DNA from: Steroidobacteraceae bacterium
GTDB taxonomy: Bacteria; Pseudomonadota; Gammaproteobacteria; Steroidobacterales; Steroidobacteraceae
Reading direction: 5' to 3'
DNA length: 64,000 nt
NCBI GenBank assembly: GCA_036272515.1
Contig: DATAYO010000046.1
Location: 1,627-65,626, forward strand
Shown here: piece after piece, positions 19,757-28,232 of the stretch
Layout: each line of letters opens with the position of its first letter
Position numbering within the stretch: position 1 is the first letter of the stretch
The notes under the pieces: generated by a model
What the model was told of the DNA's origin: nothing
Database searches by the model: none
Seen by the model: the letters and a program-made list of their open reading frames with translations, nothing else
Made by a program: the position numbers and the translations under genes

Positions 19757-22700
19757 ATGAAAATCCTTCCGTGTTTCTGCGTAGTCGCTGCCGCCGGCCT
19801 GGTATCGGCGTGCGGGGGAACAACACCGGTCACTGCCCTGACGGCCGCAGCACTCGATGCGTCGAGCACCACGGTCGCGATGAACGGGTCGGTAACGCTC
19901 TCGTGGTCGTCGAGCAACGCCAGCTCCTGCAGCGCCTCGGGCGGATGGACGGGAACGCTCGCGACGAGCGGCAGCCGCAGCACCGGACCGCTCAGCAGCG
20001 ACACCACCTATACCTTGACGTGCACCGGCGCCGGGGGCAGCAGCCAGCCCGCGACGGTGAAGATCGTCATCGCGACGCCCGATGCTCCCACGGGGACGCT
20101 GACGGCCAATCCAACTTCCATTACCGCGGGCAGCGCATCGACGCTCAGCTGGACGTCGACGAACGCCACCTCATGCTCCGCCTCCGGGGCCTGGAGTGGA
20201 GCGCTGGCCACCAGCGGTACCCAGGGCACCGGGGCGCTGACCGCCACTTCCACTTACTCGTTGACCTGCAGTGGAAGCGGCGGCACCAGCGCTCCGGTCA
20301 CCGCCGTGGTCACGGTCACGCCGGTGCAGGCGCAACCCGTCCCCGCCGCCACGCTCAGCGCGGCACCGTCCGCGCTCGCCACCGGTGCCGCGTCGACCTT
20401 GACGTGGAGCTCGAGCAACGCGACGGCCTGTACGGCGTCCGGAGGATGGAGCGGCGCGCTGGCGCCGAGCGGCAGCCGCAGCACCGGACCCCTGACGGCA
20501 ACCACCGGCTACTCGCTGGTGTGCACGGGCGCCGGCGGCACGAGCGCTCCGGCTGCCACAACGGTTACGGTCATTTCGGTACCGACCGTCATGCTCAGCG
20601 CCGCTCCGACCGCGGTCGCGAGCGGCGCCGCATCGACCTTGACGTGGAGCTCGACCAATGCCACCGCCTGTACGGCATCCGGGGGATGGAGCGGCGCGCT
20701 GGCGCCGAGCGGCAGCCGCAGCACCGGACCCCTGACGGCAACCACCGGCTATTCGCTGGTGTGCACCGGCGCCAGTGGCACGAGCGCTCCGGCATCCACG
20801 GCGGTCACCGTCGTTCCGGCACCGACCGTTACGCTCAGCGCCGCTCCGACCGCGGTCGCGAGCGGCGCCGCATCGACCTTGACGTGGAGCTCGACCAACG
20901 CGACGGCCTGTACGGCATCCGGCAACTGGAGCGGCGCGCTGGCGCCGAGCGGCAGCCAAAGCACCGGGCCATTGAGCACAGCCGCCAGCTATTCGCTGGT
21001 GTGTACCGGCATCGGTGGCACGAGCAGCCCCTCGACGGTTACGGTCAGCACCCTGCCTGCACCGACTGCCGTGCTGTCGGTTTCCCCCACGGTGGTGGCG
21101 CCGGGTGGCGCGGCCACTTTGAGCTGGAGCTCGACCAACGCCACGGCCTGTACGGCATCCGGGGGATGGAGCGGCGCGCTGGCGCCGAGCGGCACCCGCA
21201 GCACCGGCGCGGTCAATGCGACCACGGCCTACTCCTTGACCTGCAGCGGCCCCGGGGGCAACAGCCCGGCGGTCTCGGCCACGCTCACGGTATCGAACGT
21301 CACGATGAGCATCTCGCCGACCCACGCGGCGATCACTCTCACTGGCACGCAGCAGTTCACCGCCACCGTACCGGGAGGCGGAGCCGCCACCTGGACGGTC
21401 GACGGAATTGCCAACGGTGACAGCACGGTCGGCACCATCAGCTCCGCCGGTCTGTACACCGCAGGTCACGCCGGCGCGCATTCCGTGGTGGCGACCAGCG
21501 TGGCGAACCCGACGCAGTCGGCGACGGCGACGGTGGCGGTCACCGACCTCGCCGGCGTCTACACCTACCACAATGACCTGTCGCGGGACGGCGTGAACAG
21601 CCAGGAGTACGCGCTGACCACCACCAACGTGTCGAGCGCATTCGGCAAACTCACCTCCTGTCCGGTTGACGGGGCGATTTATGCGCAGCCGCTCTGGGCA
21701 GCCAACGTGCAGGTGAATGGTGCCAAGCACAACGTCGTATTCGTGGCGACCGCGCACGACAGCCTGTATGCATTCGATGCCGACTCCGTTCCGTGCACCT
21801 CGCTCTGGCGGATCAGCCTGATCGACACGACGCACGGTGGGACGTCCGGTGAAACTCCCGTACCCACCACGCTGGTTGGAGTCGGCACCCACGACATCCA
21901 GCCGGAGATCGGCGTCACCGGAACACCGGTCATCGACCCCACTACCGGCAACCTCTATGTCGTGTCCAAGTCGGTGAATTCGGCGCAAACGACGTTCTAT
22001 CAGCGGCTGCACGCCATCGACATCGCCACGGGAAACGAGAGGAGCGGATCTCCGATCATGGTCACGGCCACCGTCCCAGGCACGGGCGACGGCGGCAACA
22101 CGGTGACCTTCAACGTCAAGCAGGAAAATCAGCGAGGGGGCCTGGTGCTTGCCAACGGCAATGTGTACATACCCTGGGGGTCCCACGAGGACAGCGTGCC
22201 GTGGTACGGGTGGATGATGGCGTATAGATACGACGGTACCTCCTTTACCCAAACTTCGGCATTCAACACCGAGCCGAACCTGCAGGACGGCGGTATCTGG
22301 ATGGCGGGAGAGGCGCCGGCGGTGGACGCGGACGGAAATCTGTACCTCTCGACCGGCAACGGCGCGTTCGACGCCGACAGCGTCACACCGCCCAACAATG
22401 ACTACGGCGATTCTCTGTTGCAGTTGAGCCCATCGCTCGGCGTCAAGCAGTACTTCACGCCCTCGGACGAGGTGACGCTCTACGAGAATGATAAAGACTT
22501 CGGATCAGGGGGCGCTGCGCTACTGGCGGACCTGAACGGCAGCACCGTGACTCATGCGCTGGTCTGCGGAGGAAAGGACGGGAATCTCTATGTCTTGAAT
22601 CGCGACATGCTTGGCGGTGCAGCAAGTCTCTATGTACAGCAGATCGTTCTGGGTCACGGTTTATTTTCGACGGCAGCACTCTGGAATAACCATTTATTCG

Positions 22701-23116
22701 TTGCACCCGTCGGCAGTGTACTGCTGGCCTACCAAATGACCCCGCCGACCGTGCAGTTCAATTTCAACTCCAGTTCCGCCCATACCTACGGCTTTCCGGG
22801 CGCGACACCCTCCGTGTCCGCCTCGGGAACGCAGAGCGGTCTTGTCTGGGCACTCGATACCAGCGGCTACTGCACGAGCCAATCGCATGCATGCGGCCCC
22901 GCCGTGCTGCACGCGTACGATGCGACCGATCTCGCGACGGAACTCTGGAACAGCTCCATGAACGCCGCGGATACCGCCGGCTACGCCGTGAAATTCACCG
23001 TTCCGACCGTCGCCAACGGCCGCGTGTACATAGGGACGCGCGGAAACAACATCGGCGGTGCAGAGAACTCGACCAGCATTCCCGGCGAGCTCGACATCTA
23101 CGGGCTGAAGCCGTAG
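19757..23116 (+). CDS. Large lipoprotein: six Ig-like beta-sandwich repeats + Big_2-like domain + C-terminal PQQ-like beta-propeller domain
   Basis: Lipobox MKILPCFCVVAAAGLVSAC. Six roughly 80-aa repeats share the pattern TLSWSSTNATACTASGGWSGALAPSGSRSTGPLTATTGYSLVCTG. One Big_2-like unit (ISPTHAAITLTGTQQFTATV...ATVAVT). The C-terminal roughly 520 aa carry repeated blade-like motifs (DSLYAFD, GNLYVVS, GNVYIPWG, GNLYLSTGNG, GNLYVLN, GRVYIGT). Confidence 0.85.
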   Translation: MKILPCFCVVAAAGLVSACGGTTPVTALTAAALDASSTTVAMNGSVTLSWSSSNASSCSASGGWTGTLATSGSRSTGPLSSDTTYTLTCTGAGGSSQPATVKIVIATPDAPTGTLTANPTSITAGSASTLSWTSTNATSCSASGAWSGALATSGTQGTGALTATSTYSLTCSGSGGTSAPVTAVVTVTPVQAQPVPAATLSAAPSALATGAASTLTWSSSNATACTASGGWSGALAPSGSRSTGPLTATTGYSLVCTGAGGTSAPAATTVTVISVPTVMLSAAPTAVASGAASTLTWSSTNATACTASGGWSGALAPSGSRSTGPLTATTGYSLVCTGASGTSAPASTAVTVVPAPTVTLSAAPTAVASGAASTLTWSSTNATACTASGNWSGALAPSGSQSTGPLSTAASYSLVCTGIGGTSSPSTVTVSTLPAPTAVLSVSPTVVAPGGAATLSWSSTNATACTASGGWSGALAPSGTRSTGAVNATTAYSLTCSGPGGNSPAVSATLTVSNVTMSISPTHAAITLTGTQQFTATVPGGGAATWTVDGIANGDSTVGTISSAGLYTAGHAGAHSVVATSVANPTQSATATVAVTDLAGVYTYHNDLSRDGVNSQEYALTTTNVSSAFGKLTSCPVDGAIYAQPLWAANVQVNGAKHNVVFVATAHDSLYAFDADSVPCTSLWRISLIDTTHGGTSGETPVPTTLVGVGTHDIQPEIGVTGTPVIDPTTGNLYVVSKSVNSAQTTFYQRLHAIDIATGNERSGSPIMVTATVPGTGDGGNTVTFNVKQENQRGGLVLANGNVYIPWGSHEDSVPWYGWMMAYRYDGTSFTQTSAFNTEPNLQDGGIWMAGEAPAVDADGNLYLSTGNGAFDADSVTPPNNDYGDSLLQLSPSLGVKQYFTPSDEVTLYENDKDFGSGGAALLADLNGSTVTHALVCGGKDGNLYVLNRDMLGGAASLYVQQIVLGHGLFSTAALWNNHLFVAPVGSVLLAYQMTPPTVQFNFNSSSAHTYGFPGATPSVSASGTQSGLVWALDTSGYCTSQSHACGPAVLHAYDATDLATELWNSSMNAADTAGYAVKFTVPTVANGRVYIGTRGNNIGGAENSTSIPGELDIYGLKP
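19835..21295 (+). repeat. Six tandem coding repeats (period 240 bp for copies 3-6), copies 3-5 near-identical at DNA level
   Basis: For example, the run ggatggagcggcgcgctggcgccgagcggcagccgcagcaccggacccctgacggcaaccaccggcta is shared exactly by the copies near 20440 and 20680. Confidence 0.9.
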
Positions 23117-23122
23117 CAGAGT

Positions 23123-23140
23123 GGGGCGACCACGCCCCTT
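23123..23140 (+). terminator. Short GC hairpin just after the lipoprotein stop (weak intrinsic terminator candidate)
   Basis: ggggcg-acca-cgcccc followed by tt, 7 nt after TAG 23114-23116. Confidence 0.35.
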
Positions 23141-23278
23141 CGGTCGATGCTCCCGCTGCGACCGACGCTCCTGCTCCGACAGAGTAATCCCACGCGCACT
23201 TTGCCGCTCATGCGGACTTTACAGCGATGAGCGGGGGACTAGTGTGTGTCCCCCCGATATGGTGTTACGGAGGTTCCC

Positions 23279-24883
23279 ATGGCGAAACAAGCAAAGAAGC
23301 GCGAGCAATCGACCGGCTCGTCAGAGTCGCCGAGCGCCACACCGCAGTCAGCCGCGACAGCGCAGTCAGGCGCGACAGCGCAGGCAGCCGCGGCAGCGCA
23401 GTCAGCCGCGCAAAGCAACGCCCGAACATCGTCGCAAAGCTCTGCGGAAGATGCCATCGCTTTGCTCAAGGCCGACCACAGGAAGGTGGAAGAGATTTTT
23501 CGGAGCTTCAAAGCGGCGAGCTCGGCGGATGAGAAACAAAAGCTCGCGGAGCAGGCCTGCACCGAGCTGACGGTCCACACGATCCTGGAGGAAGAGATCT
23601 TCTATCCGGCATGCCGGGAAGCCCAGGTCGAGAGCGAAGCCCTCGATGAGGCGCAAGTCGAGCACGACAGCGTCAAGGTCATGATCGCGGGGATCGAGGC
23701 GGCGTCTCCGGGCGAGGACTTTTATGACGCCAAGGTGACGGTGCTCTCCGAGTACGTCAAACACCATGTCGCGGAAGAGGAAAAGGACGACGGCATTTTC
23801 TCGAAGGCGCAGGAGGCGGCCATCGACTTGAAGCAGCTGGGGGACCGCATACGCACCAGAAAGCAGGCGTTGACTGCGCAGGGATCAAACCCCGCGCCAC
23901 CCCGGATCCGCTCATTCGATATCAATGATGTCTCACAGCGCGAAATCAAACCGGAGGAAAGACATATGAATAGACAGTATGAACGGCCTCGAGACGACCA
24001 AGGCAGATTCGAGAGCGATGACCGCGGCGACCGCTCGCGTAGCCGGAGCTACTCGCGAGGCCGCGACGATGACGATTATGAGGAGAGCCGATCGGGCAGC
24101 GGTCGCGGCTGGTACGGCGACCCCGAGGGTCATGCCCGTGCCTCCGAAGAGGGTTGGGAGCACCGAGGCGGCGGCTACCGGCGCGGCTATTCCTCGCGCA
24201 GCGAGCGGGACGAGGACGACGACCGGCGCTCATCGGGGCGAGGCCATGGCGGCTGGTACGGCGATTCCGGGGGCCATTCCCGCGCGTCCGAGGAGGGCTG
24301 GGAGGGTCGTGGCGGCGGCTCGCGGCGCGGCTATTCGTCCCGCAGCGAGCGGGACGAGGATGACGATCGGCGCTCGTCGGGCCGAGGCCATGGCGGCTGG
24401 TTCGGCGACTCCGAGGGCCATTCCCGGGCTTCCGAGGAAGGCTGGGAGCATCGCGGCGGCGGCTCACGACGCGGCTACTCCTCACGCAGCGAGCGGGACG
24501 AGGACGACGACCGGCGCTCGTCGGGACGTGGCCATGGCGGCTGGTTCGGCGACTCCGAGGGTCATTCACGGGCATCCGAAGAGGGCTGGGAGAGTCGCGG
24601 CGGCGGCTCACGACGCGGCTATTCCTCGCGCAGCGATCGCGATGACGACGACAACGGCCGTTCGTCGGGCCGAGGCCATGGCGGCTGGTTCGGCGACTCC
24701 GAGGGCCATTCCCGCGCGTCCGAGGAAGGCTGGGAGCATCGCGGCGGCGGTTCGCGGCGCGGCTATTCCTCGCGCAGCGACCGCGACGAGGACGACAACG
24801 GCCGCTCGTCGGGACAGGGCCGGGGCTGGCGCGGCGATCCGGAAGGTCACGCCGAAGCGGCGCGGCAGCGCTCCCGGCACTGA
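23279..24883 (+). CDS. Hemerythrin (HHE cation-binding) domain protein with a C-terminal array of KGG-like stress-protein repeats
   Basis: ATG 23279 lies 5 nt after GGAGG (23269-23273). Hemerythrin motifs: LLKADHRKVEEIF...HTILEEEIFYP...VEHDSVKVMI...YVKHHVAEEE. These are followed by about 5.5 copies of GRGHGGWFGDSEGHSRASEEGWEHRGGGSRRGYSSRSERDEDDDRRSS. Confidence 0.8.
   Translation: MAKQAKKREQSTGSSESPSATPQSAATAQSGATAQAAAAAQSAAQSNARTSSQSSAEDAIALLKADHRKVEEIFRSFKAASSADEKQKLAEQACTELTVHTILEEEIFYPACREAQVESEALDEAQVEHDSVKVMIAGIEAASPGEDFYDAKVTVLSEYVKHHVAEEEKDDGIFSKAQEAAIDLKQLGDRIRTRKQALTAQGSNPAPPRIRSFDINDVSQREIKPEERHMNRQYERPRDDQGRFESDDRGDRSRSRSYSRGRDDDDYEESRSGSGRGWYGDPEGHARASEEGWEHRGGGYRRGYSSRSERDEDDDRRSSGRGHGGWYGDSGGHSRASEEGWEGRGGGSRRGYSSRSERDEDDDRRSSGRGHGGWFGDSEGHSRASEEGWEHRGGGSRRGYSSRSERDEDDDRRSSGRGHGGWFGDSEGHSRASEEGWESRGGGSRRGYSSRSDRDDDDNGRSSGRGHGGWFGDSEGHSRASEEGWEHRGGGSRRGYSSRSDRDEDDNGRSSGQGRGWRGDPEGHAEAARQRSRH
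24098..24880 (+). repeat. About 5.5 tandem 144-bp (48-aa) coding repeats
   Basis: In track-ORF numbering the repeat units start at residues 285, 331, 379, 427, 475 and 523 (last one partial), with an exact 48-aa period. Confidence 0.9.
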
Positions 24884-24898
24884 TTGCGCCCACGCTAC

Positions 24899-24940
24899 CC
24901 GCGGACGGTCCCGAGCCGGTGAGTCTCGGGGCGTCCGCGG
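24899..24940 (+). terminator. Strong stem-loop downstream of the hemerythrin gene (terminator candidate without a U-tract)
   Basis: ccgcggacg(gt)cccgag - ccggtgagt - ctcggg(g)cgtccgcgg. 9 + 6 bp stems with a small internal loop, 16 nt after the stop. Confidence 0.5.
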
Positions 24941-25254
24941 AGTCGCATCCGCGCTTGGGAATGAGCATTCGTCGGTTCACATTCATCGAGGCGCGCCCAT
25001 GAGCCAACCAGACAGCCAACCCGACAGCGTACCGGCTCGCCGACCTGCGGCCGACTGGAGCTTGGCGCGTGCGCGCCGGGCCCGGCGCCGCGCCAGAGCG
25101 CACGCCGCGGCGATCCAGGTCCCGCCGGAAGATCTGTATCGTGCCCTGGTGGCCGCGATCGCGGCCAGTGCGGGAGTGTGGTGGCGCTGAGTCGACCGTC
25201 GCGCCGGCCAACCCATGGCCGGTCAATCGGGCCCTGGCCCATCAGTCGCTCCAA

Positions 25255-26694
25255 TCAGTCGCTGCTTTGCAGCGGCTTCGATATCGATTCGAGCGATTTG
25301 CCGGCGGCCTCGATCCCGATGAGCCATTCGGCGATGGCGCCTGCCAGCATCAGCGCTGCGCCCAGCAAGTAGCCGGACATCACTCGATCTCTCGAGCCGC
25401 TCGCAATGAGCGCACCGAACAGCGCGGGCGCCCCGACTCCGCCGATGAGCGTGCCCAGGGCATAGAACACGGCGATGGCAAAGGCGCGGATCTCGAGCGG
25501 AAAGATTTCGCTCACCGTCAGATACGCGGCGCTCGCCGCGGAGGAGGCGGTGAAGAATATGAGGGCAAAACAGATGATCAGAGCCTTCAGGCCGAGCGTG
25601 CCGGTCGCGAACAAAACGGCGGTCGCGGCAAGCAATCCTGCGGCGCTGCCGTACGCGGCCGTGATCATCGGCTTGCGGCCGATCTTGTCGAACAGCGGGC
25701 CGAGCACCAGCGGCCCGAGGAAGCTCGACACCGCGAACGGCAGCAGCTGCAGCGGGATTTTCGCATCCGGCACACCGAAGAATTTCTTCGCCACCAGGCC
25801 GAAGGTGAAGAAAACCGCGTTGAAGAAGAACGCCTGTCCGACCATGAGGATCAGCCCGAGCAAGGAGCGGCGGCGATTCTCGCCCAGCATGTTCTTGAAG
25901 ATCTCACCCCACGGCGTGTGATCGCGCGGCCTGATCTTGAGCTTCGTGCCTTCGACGTGCGGCAGCTTGCCGTGCGTTGCGGCCACCTGGTTCTCGATGC
26001 CGCCGACGATGCGCTCGGCCTCCTGTTCCTTACCGCGCAGCATCAGCCAGCGTGGGCTCTCGGGGACGGACAGCCGCAGCAACAGCACGCCCAGTCCCAG
26101 GGAGCCTCCCACCGCAAAGCCGAGCCGCCAGCCCCAATGGGGTGAAATCGCATGCCCGCCCAGGAGGTAGAGCGCCGCCAACGAGCCCACGGTCGCGCCC
26201 ACCCAAAAGGTCGCATTGACCATGAGATCCACCGTGCCGCGCACCTTGCCCGGAATCAGCTCATCGACGGCGGAGTTGATGGCGGCATATTCCCCGCCGA
26301 TACCGAGCCCGGTGAAGAAGCGGCAGATGAAGAACATCGCCGCATCGACCGAGAGGCCGGTGCCGAGGGTCGCAAGCGAGTAGGTCGCGAGCGTCACCAG
26401 AAAGAGCTTCCTGCGCCCAAGCCGGTCGGTCAGATGCCCGAACAGCAAAGCGCCGCTGACCGCGCCGGCGAGGTAGGTGGTGGCGGCCGCGGCGACTTCC
26501 TGATCCGACAGCGACAGGCCATTCCTGCTCTGGAGAATGCCGGAGAGCGAGCCGACCAGCGTGACTTCGAGGCCGTCCAATATCCAGGAGGTGCCGAGTG
26601 CGATGATGATGCGTGCGTGCCAGCCCGACCACGGCAGCCGATCCATGCGCGCCGGAACGTCCGTCTCGATGGCCGGCGCGCGCGCGGCGCTCAT
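25255..26694 (-). CDS. MFS transporter (sugar-porter/metabolite:H+ symporter type)
   Basis: 479 aa. MDRLPWSGWHARIIIALGTSWILDGLEV...GHLTDRLGRRKLF...RFFTGLGIGGEYAA...PESPRWL motifs. Confidence 0.85.
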   Translation of the reverse strand: MSAARAPAIETDVPARMDRLPWSGWHARIIIALGTSWILDGLEVTLVGSLSGILQSRNGLSLSDQEVAAAATTYLAGAVSGALLFGHLTDRLGRRKLFLVTLATYSLATLGTGLSVDAAMFFICRFFTGLGIGGEYAAINSAVDELIPGKVRGTVDLMVNATFWVGATVGSLAALYLLGGHAISPHWGWRLGFAVGGSLGLGVLLLRLSVPESPRWLMLRGKEQEAERIVGGIENQVAATHGKLPHVEGTKLKIRPRDHTPWGEIFKNMLGENRRRSLLGLILMVGQAFFFNAVFFTFGLVAKKFFGVPDAKIPLQLLPFAVSSFLGPLVLGPLFDKIGRKPMITAAYGSAAGLLAATAVLFATGTLGLKALIICFALIFFTASSAASAAYLTVSEIFPLEIRAFAIAVFYALGTLIGGVGAPALFGALIASGSRDRVMSGYLLGAALMLAGAIAEWLIGIEAAGKSLESISKPLQSSD

Positions 26695-26768
26695 CGAGGC
26701 TCCGATTCGTGGGTGAGGATGCTGATGGTGCCGTTGCGCTCTATCGCGTGGCCGGCGGGATCAGCTGC

Positions 26769-26975
26769 TCAATGTTGGTGTCCATACGCCTTCATCACGT
26801 CCTGCGGTCCGCCAAATTGCTGCACGGACAAACTCTTGATGACGTCGATAACCTCATCCGGTGCATCGTTGCTTCTCGCGGCGCGCAAGAGCTCGTCCTT
26901 GCTCGCCGGATACTCGATACCTTTCAAATACAGCTGCACATTCGCCGGTGAATGCCCGCCCAAACCTCTGGCCAT
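26769..26975 (-). CDS. DUF2795 domain-containing protein
   Basis: 68 aa: MARGLGGHSPANVQLYLKGIEYPASKDELLRAARSNDAPDEVIDVIKSL...DVMKAYG. ATG 26975 is preceded by GGAGG. The longer track ORF start (27131) is rejected. Confidence 0.75.
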   Translation of the reverse strand: MARGLGGHSPANVQLYLKGIEYPASKDELLRAARSNDAPDEVIDVIKSLSVQQFGGPQDVMKAYGHQH

Positions 26976-27211
26976 GACGACTGCCTCCGTATAGAAGTAC
27001 AAGCATGACGATGCAGCAGCACCATGGCGTGCGCCGTCGGCGTGGCACCCGCCCGGGCGCTGGTGAATGACGACAATAAATGTCGGCGATCCGGAATAGA
27101 TGCGCCGATGTCCATGTACGCCGACGTCCATGTACTAAGGTGACCTTTGTAGTTTACCTTCATATCTGCTATGCTACGCGGGTGAAAAGAGCATCCGACC
27201 GTGCGTCTGTC

Positions 27212-27616
27212 ATGGCGGCCGAGCTGCGAGTGGTCCTCGGCAAGCTCAGGCGCCGGTTGCGGGAGCACGCGAACAAGGGAGATCTGTCCCTGTCCCAGCT
27301 CGCGGTGCTCGGCACCCTCGATCGCGAGGGCCCCGCCACCGTCACCACGCTCGCGCGCGCCGAAGGAGTGCGCCCGCAATCGATGGGCGCCACCATCGCC
27401 GCTCTGGAAGAAGCGGGCCTGGTGAGCGGAATGCCCGATCCCGGCGACGGCAGGCAGGTGATGCTGTCCCTCACCGACAAAGCGCGCAGCTGGATCAAGG
27501 CCAGCCGCGACGCGCGCGAAGACTGGCTGTCCCAGGCAATTCGTTCGCATCTCAGCGCGACGGAGCAGGAAGAGCTCGCTTGCGCGGTGGGGCTGCTGCG
27601 CCGGATCGTCGATTGA
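27212..27616 (+). CDS. MarR family transcriptional regulator
   Basis: LSLSQLAVLGTLDREGPATVTTLARAEGVRPQSMGATIAALEEAGLVSGMPDPGDGRQVMLSLTDKA is a winged HTH. Start at ATG 27212, or in-frame GTG 27182. Confidence 0.85.
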   Translation: MAAELRVVLGKLRRRLREHANKGDLSLSQLAVLGTLDREGPATVTTLARAEGVRPQSMGATIAALEEAGLVSGMPDPGDGRQVMLSLTDKARSWIKASRDAREDWLSQAIRSHLSATEQEELACAVGLLRRIVD

Positions 27617-27666
27617 ACACCGCCACACCTCAGTCACGATCGAACACCGATCAAAGGACATCGACC

Positions 27667-28230
27667 ATGGCCATAAGCCCCTTGGACGCCAAAACCGCAC
27701 TGGTGATCATCGACCTGCAGAAGGGCATCGTCTCCTACCCGACCGCACATCCCATCGGCGAGGTGGTGCGGCAGGCCGGCGAGCTGGCGGCCGCCTTCCG
27801 CCGGCATCACTTGCCGGTGGTGCTCGTCAACGTGGCGGGAGGAGCCCCGGGCCGCACGCAGCAACCGGCGGCCGTCGCCGAACCACCGGCGGATTGGACC
27901 GAGCTGGTCCCGGCGCTCAACCGTCAGCCGCAAGACCACGTGGTCACCAAGCGCACCTGGGGCGCTTTCACCAATACCAATCTCGAGGCGCACCTGCAGC
28001 GGCTCGGCGTCACGCAGATCGTGCTCGCCGGGGTCGCGACCAGCATCGGCGTCGAGTCGACCGCGCGCCATGCGCACGAGCTCGGCTTCCATGTCGCCCT
28101 CGCCGTCGATGCGATGACCGATCTCAGCCTCGATGCGCACAACCATTCGGTGACGCGCATCTTCCCGAGGCTCGGCGAGAACGGCACGACGCACGAGATT
28201 CTCGAGCTTCTGAAGAAAAGGCTCGAGTAG
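27667..28230 (+). CDS. Isochorismatase-family hydrolase
   Basis: TALVIIDLQKGI...VVTKRTWGAFTNTNLEAHLQRLGVTQIVLAGVATSIGVESTARHA. At the position where the family's nucleophilic Cys usually sits, the sequence reads Gly (TSIGVES). Confidence 0.85.
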   Translation: MAISPLDAKTALVIIDLQKGIVSYPTAHPIGEVVRQAGELAAAFRRHHLPVVLVNVAGGAPGRTQQPAAVAEPPADWTELVPALNRQPQDHVVTKRTWGAFTNTNLEAHLQRLGVTQIVLAGVATSIGVESTARHAHELGFHVALAVDAMTDLSLDAHNHSVTRIFPRLGENGTTHEILELLKKRLE

Positions 28231-28232
28231 CG

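Noticed and set aside
24999-25190. A small ORF (63 aa, MSQPDSQPDSVPARRP...GVWWR) after the hemerythrin terminator, with GAGG upstream.
   Set aside because: No family recognised. The composition is Arg/Ala-rich like shadow ORFs, and it is the tail of the long spurious frame 23979..25190. The evidence is not sufficient to call it a gene.
19230-25254. Calling the lower-GC lipoprotein/hemerythrin patch a mobile element or genomic island.
   Set aside because: No integrase, transposase, tRNA target or flanking direct repeats are visible. Only the compositional hint remains.
27894-28232. Long N-terminal extensions offered by the ORF track: 27894 for the MFS gene, 40188 for the CheB-CheR kinase, 6297 for the receptor, 27131 for DUF2795, 27580 for the isochorismatase-family gene, 54366 for the FAD oxidoreductase, 36296 for DUF3037.
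   Set aside because: The extensions overlap upstream genes or intergenic DNA and have shadow-like composition. Internal starts with SD sequences, signal peptides or family-typical N-termini fit better.
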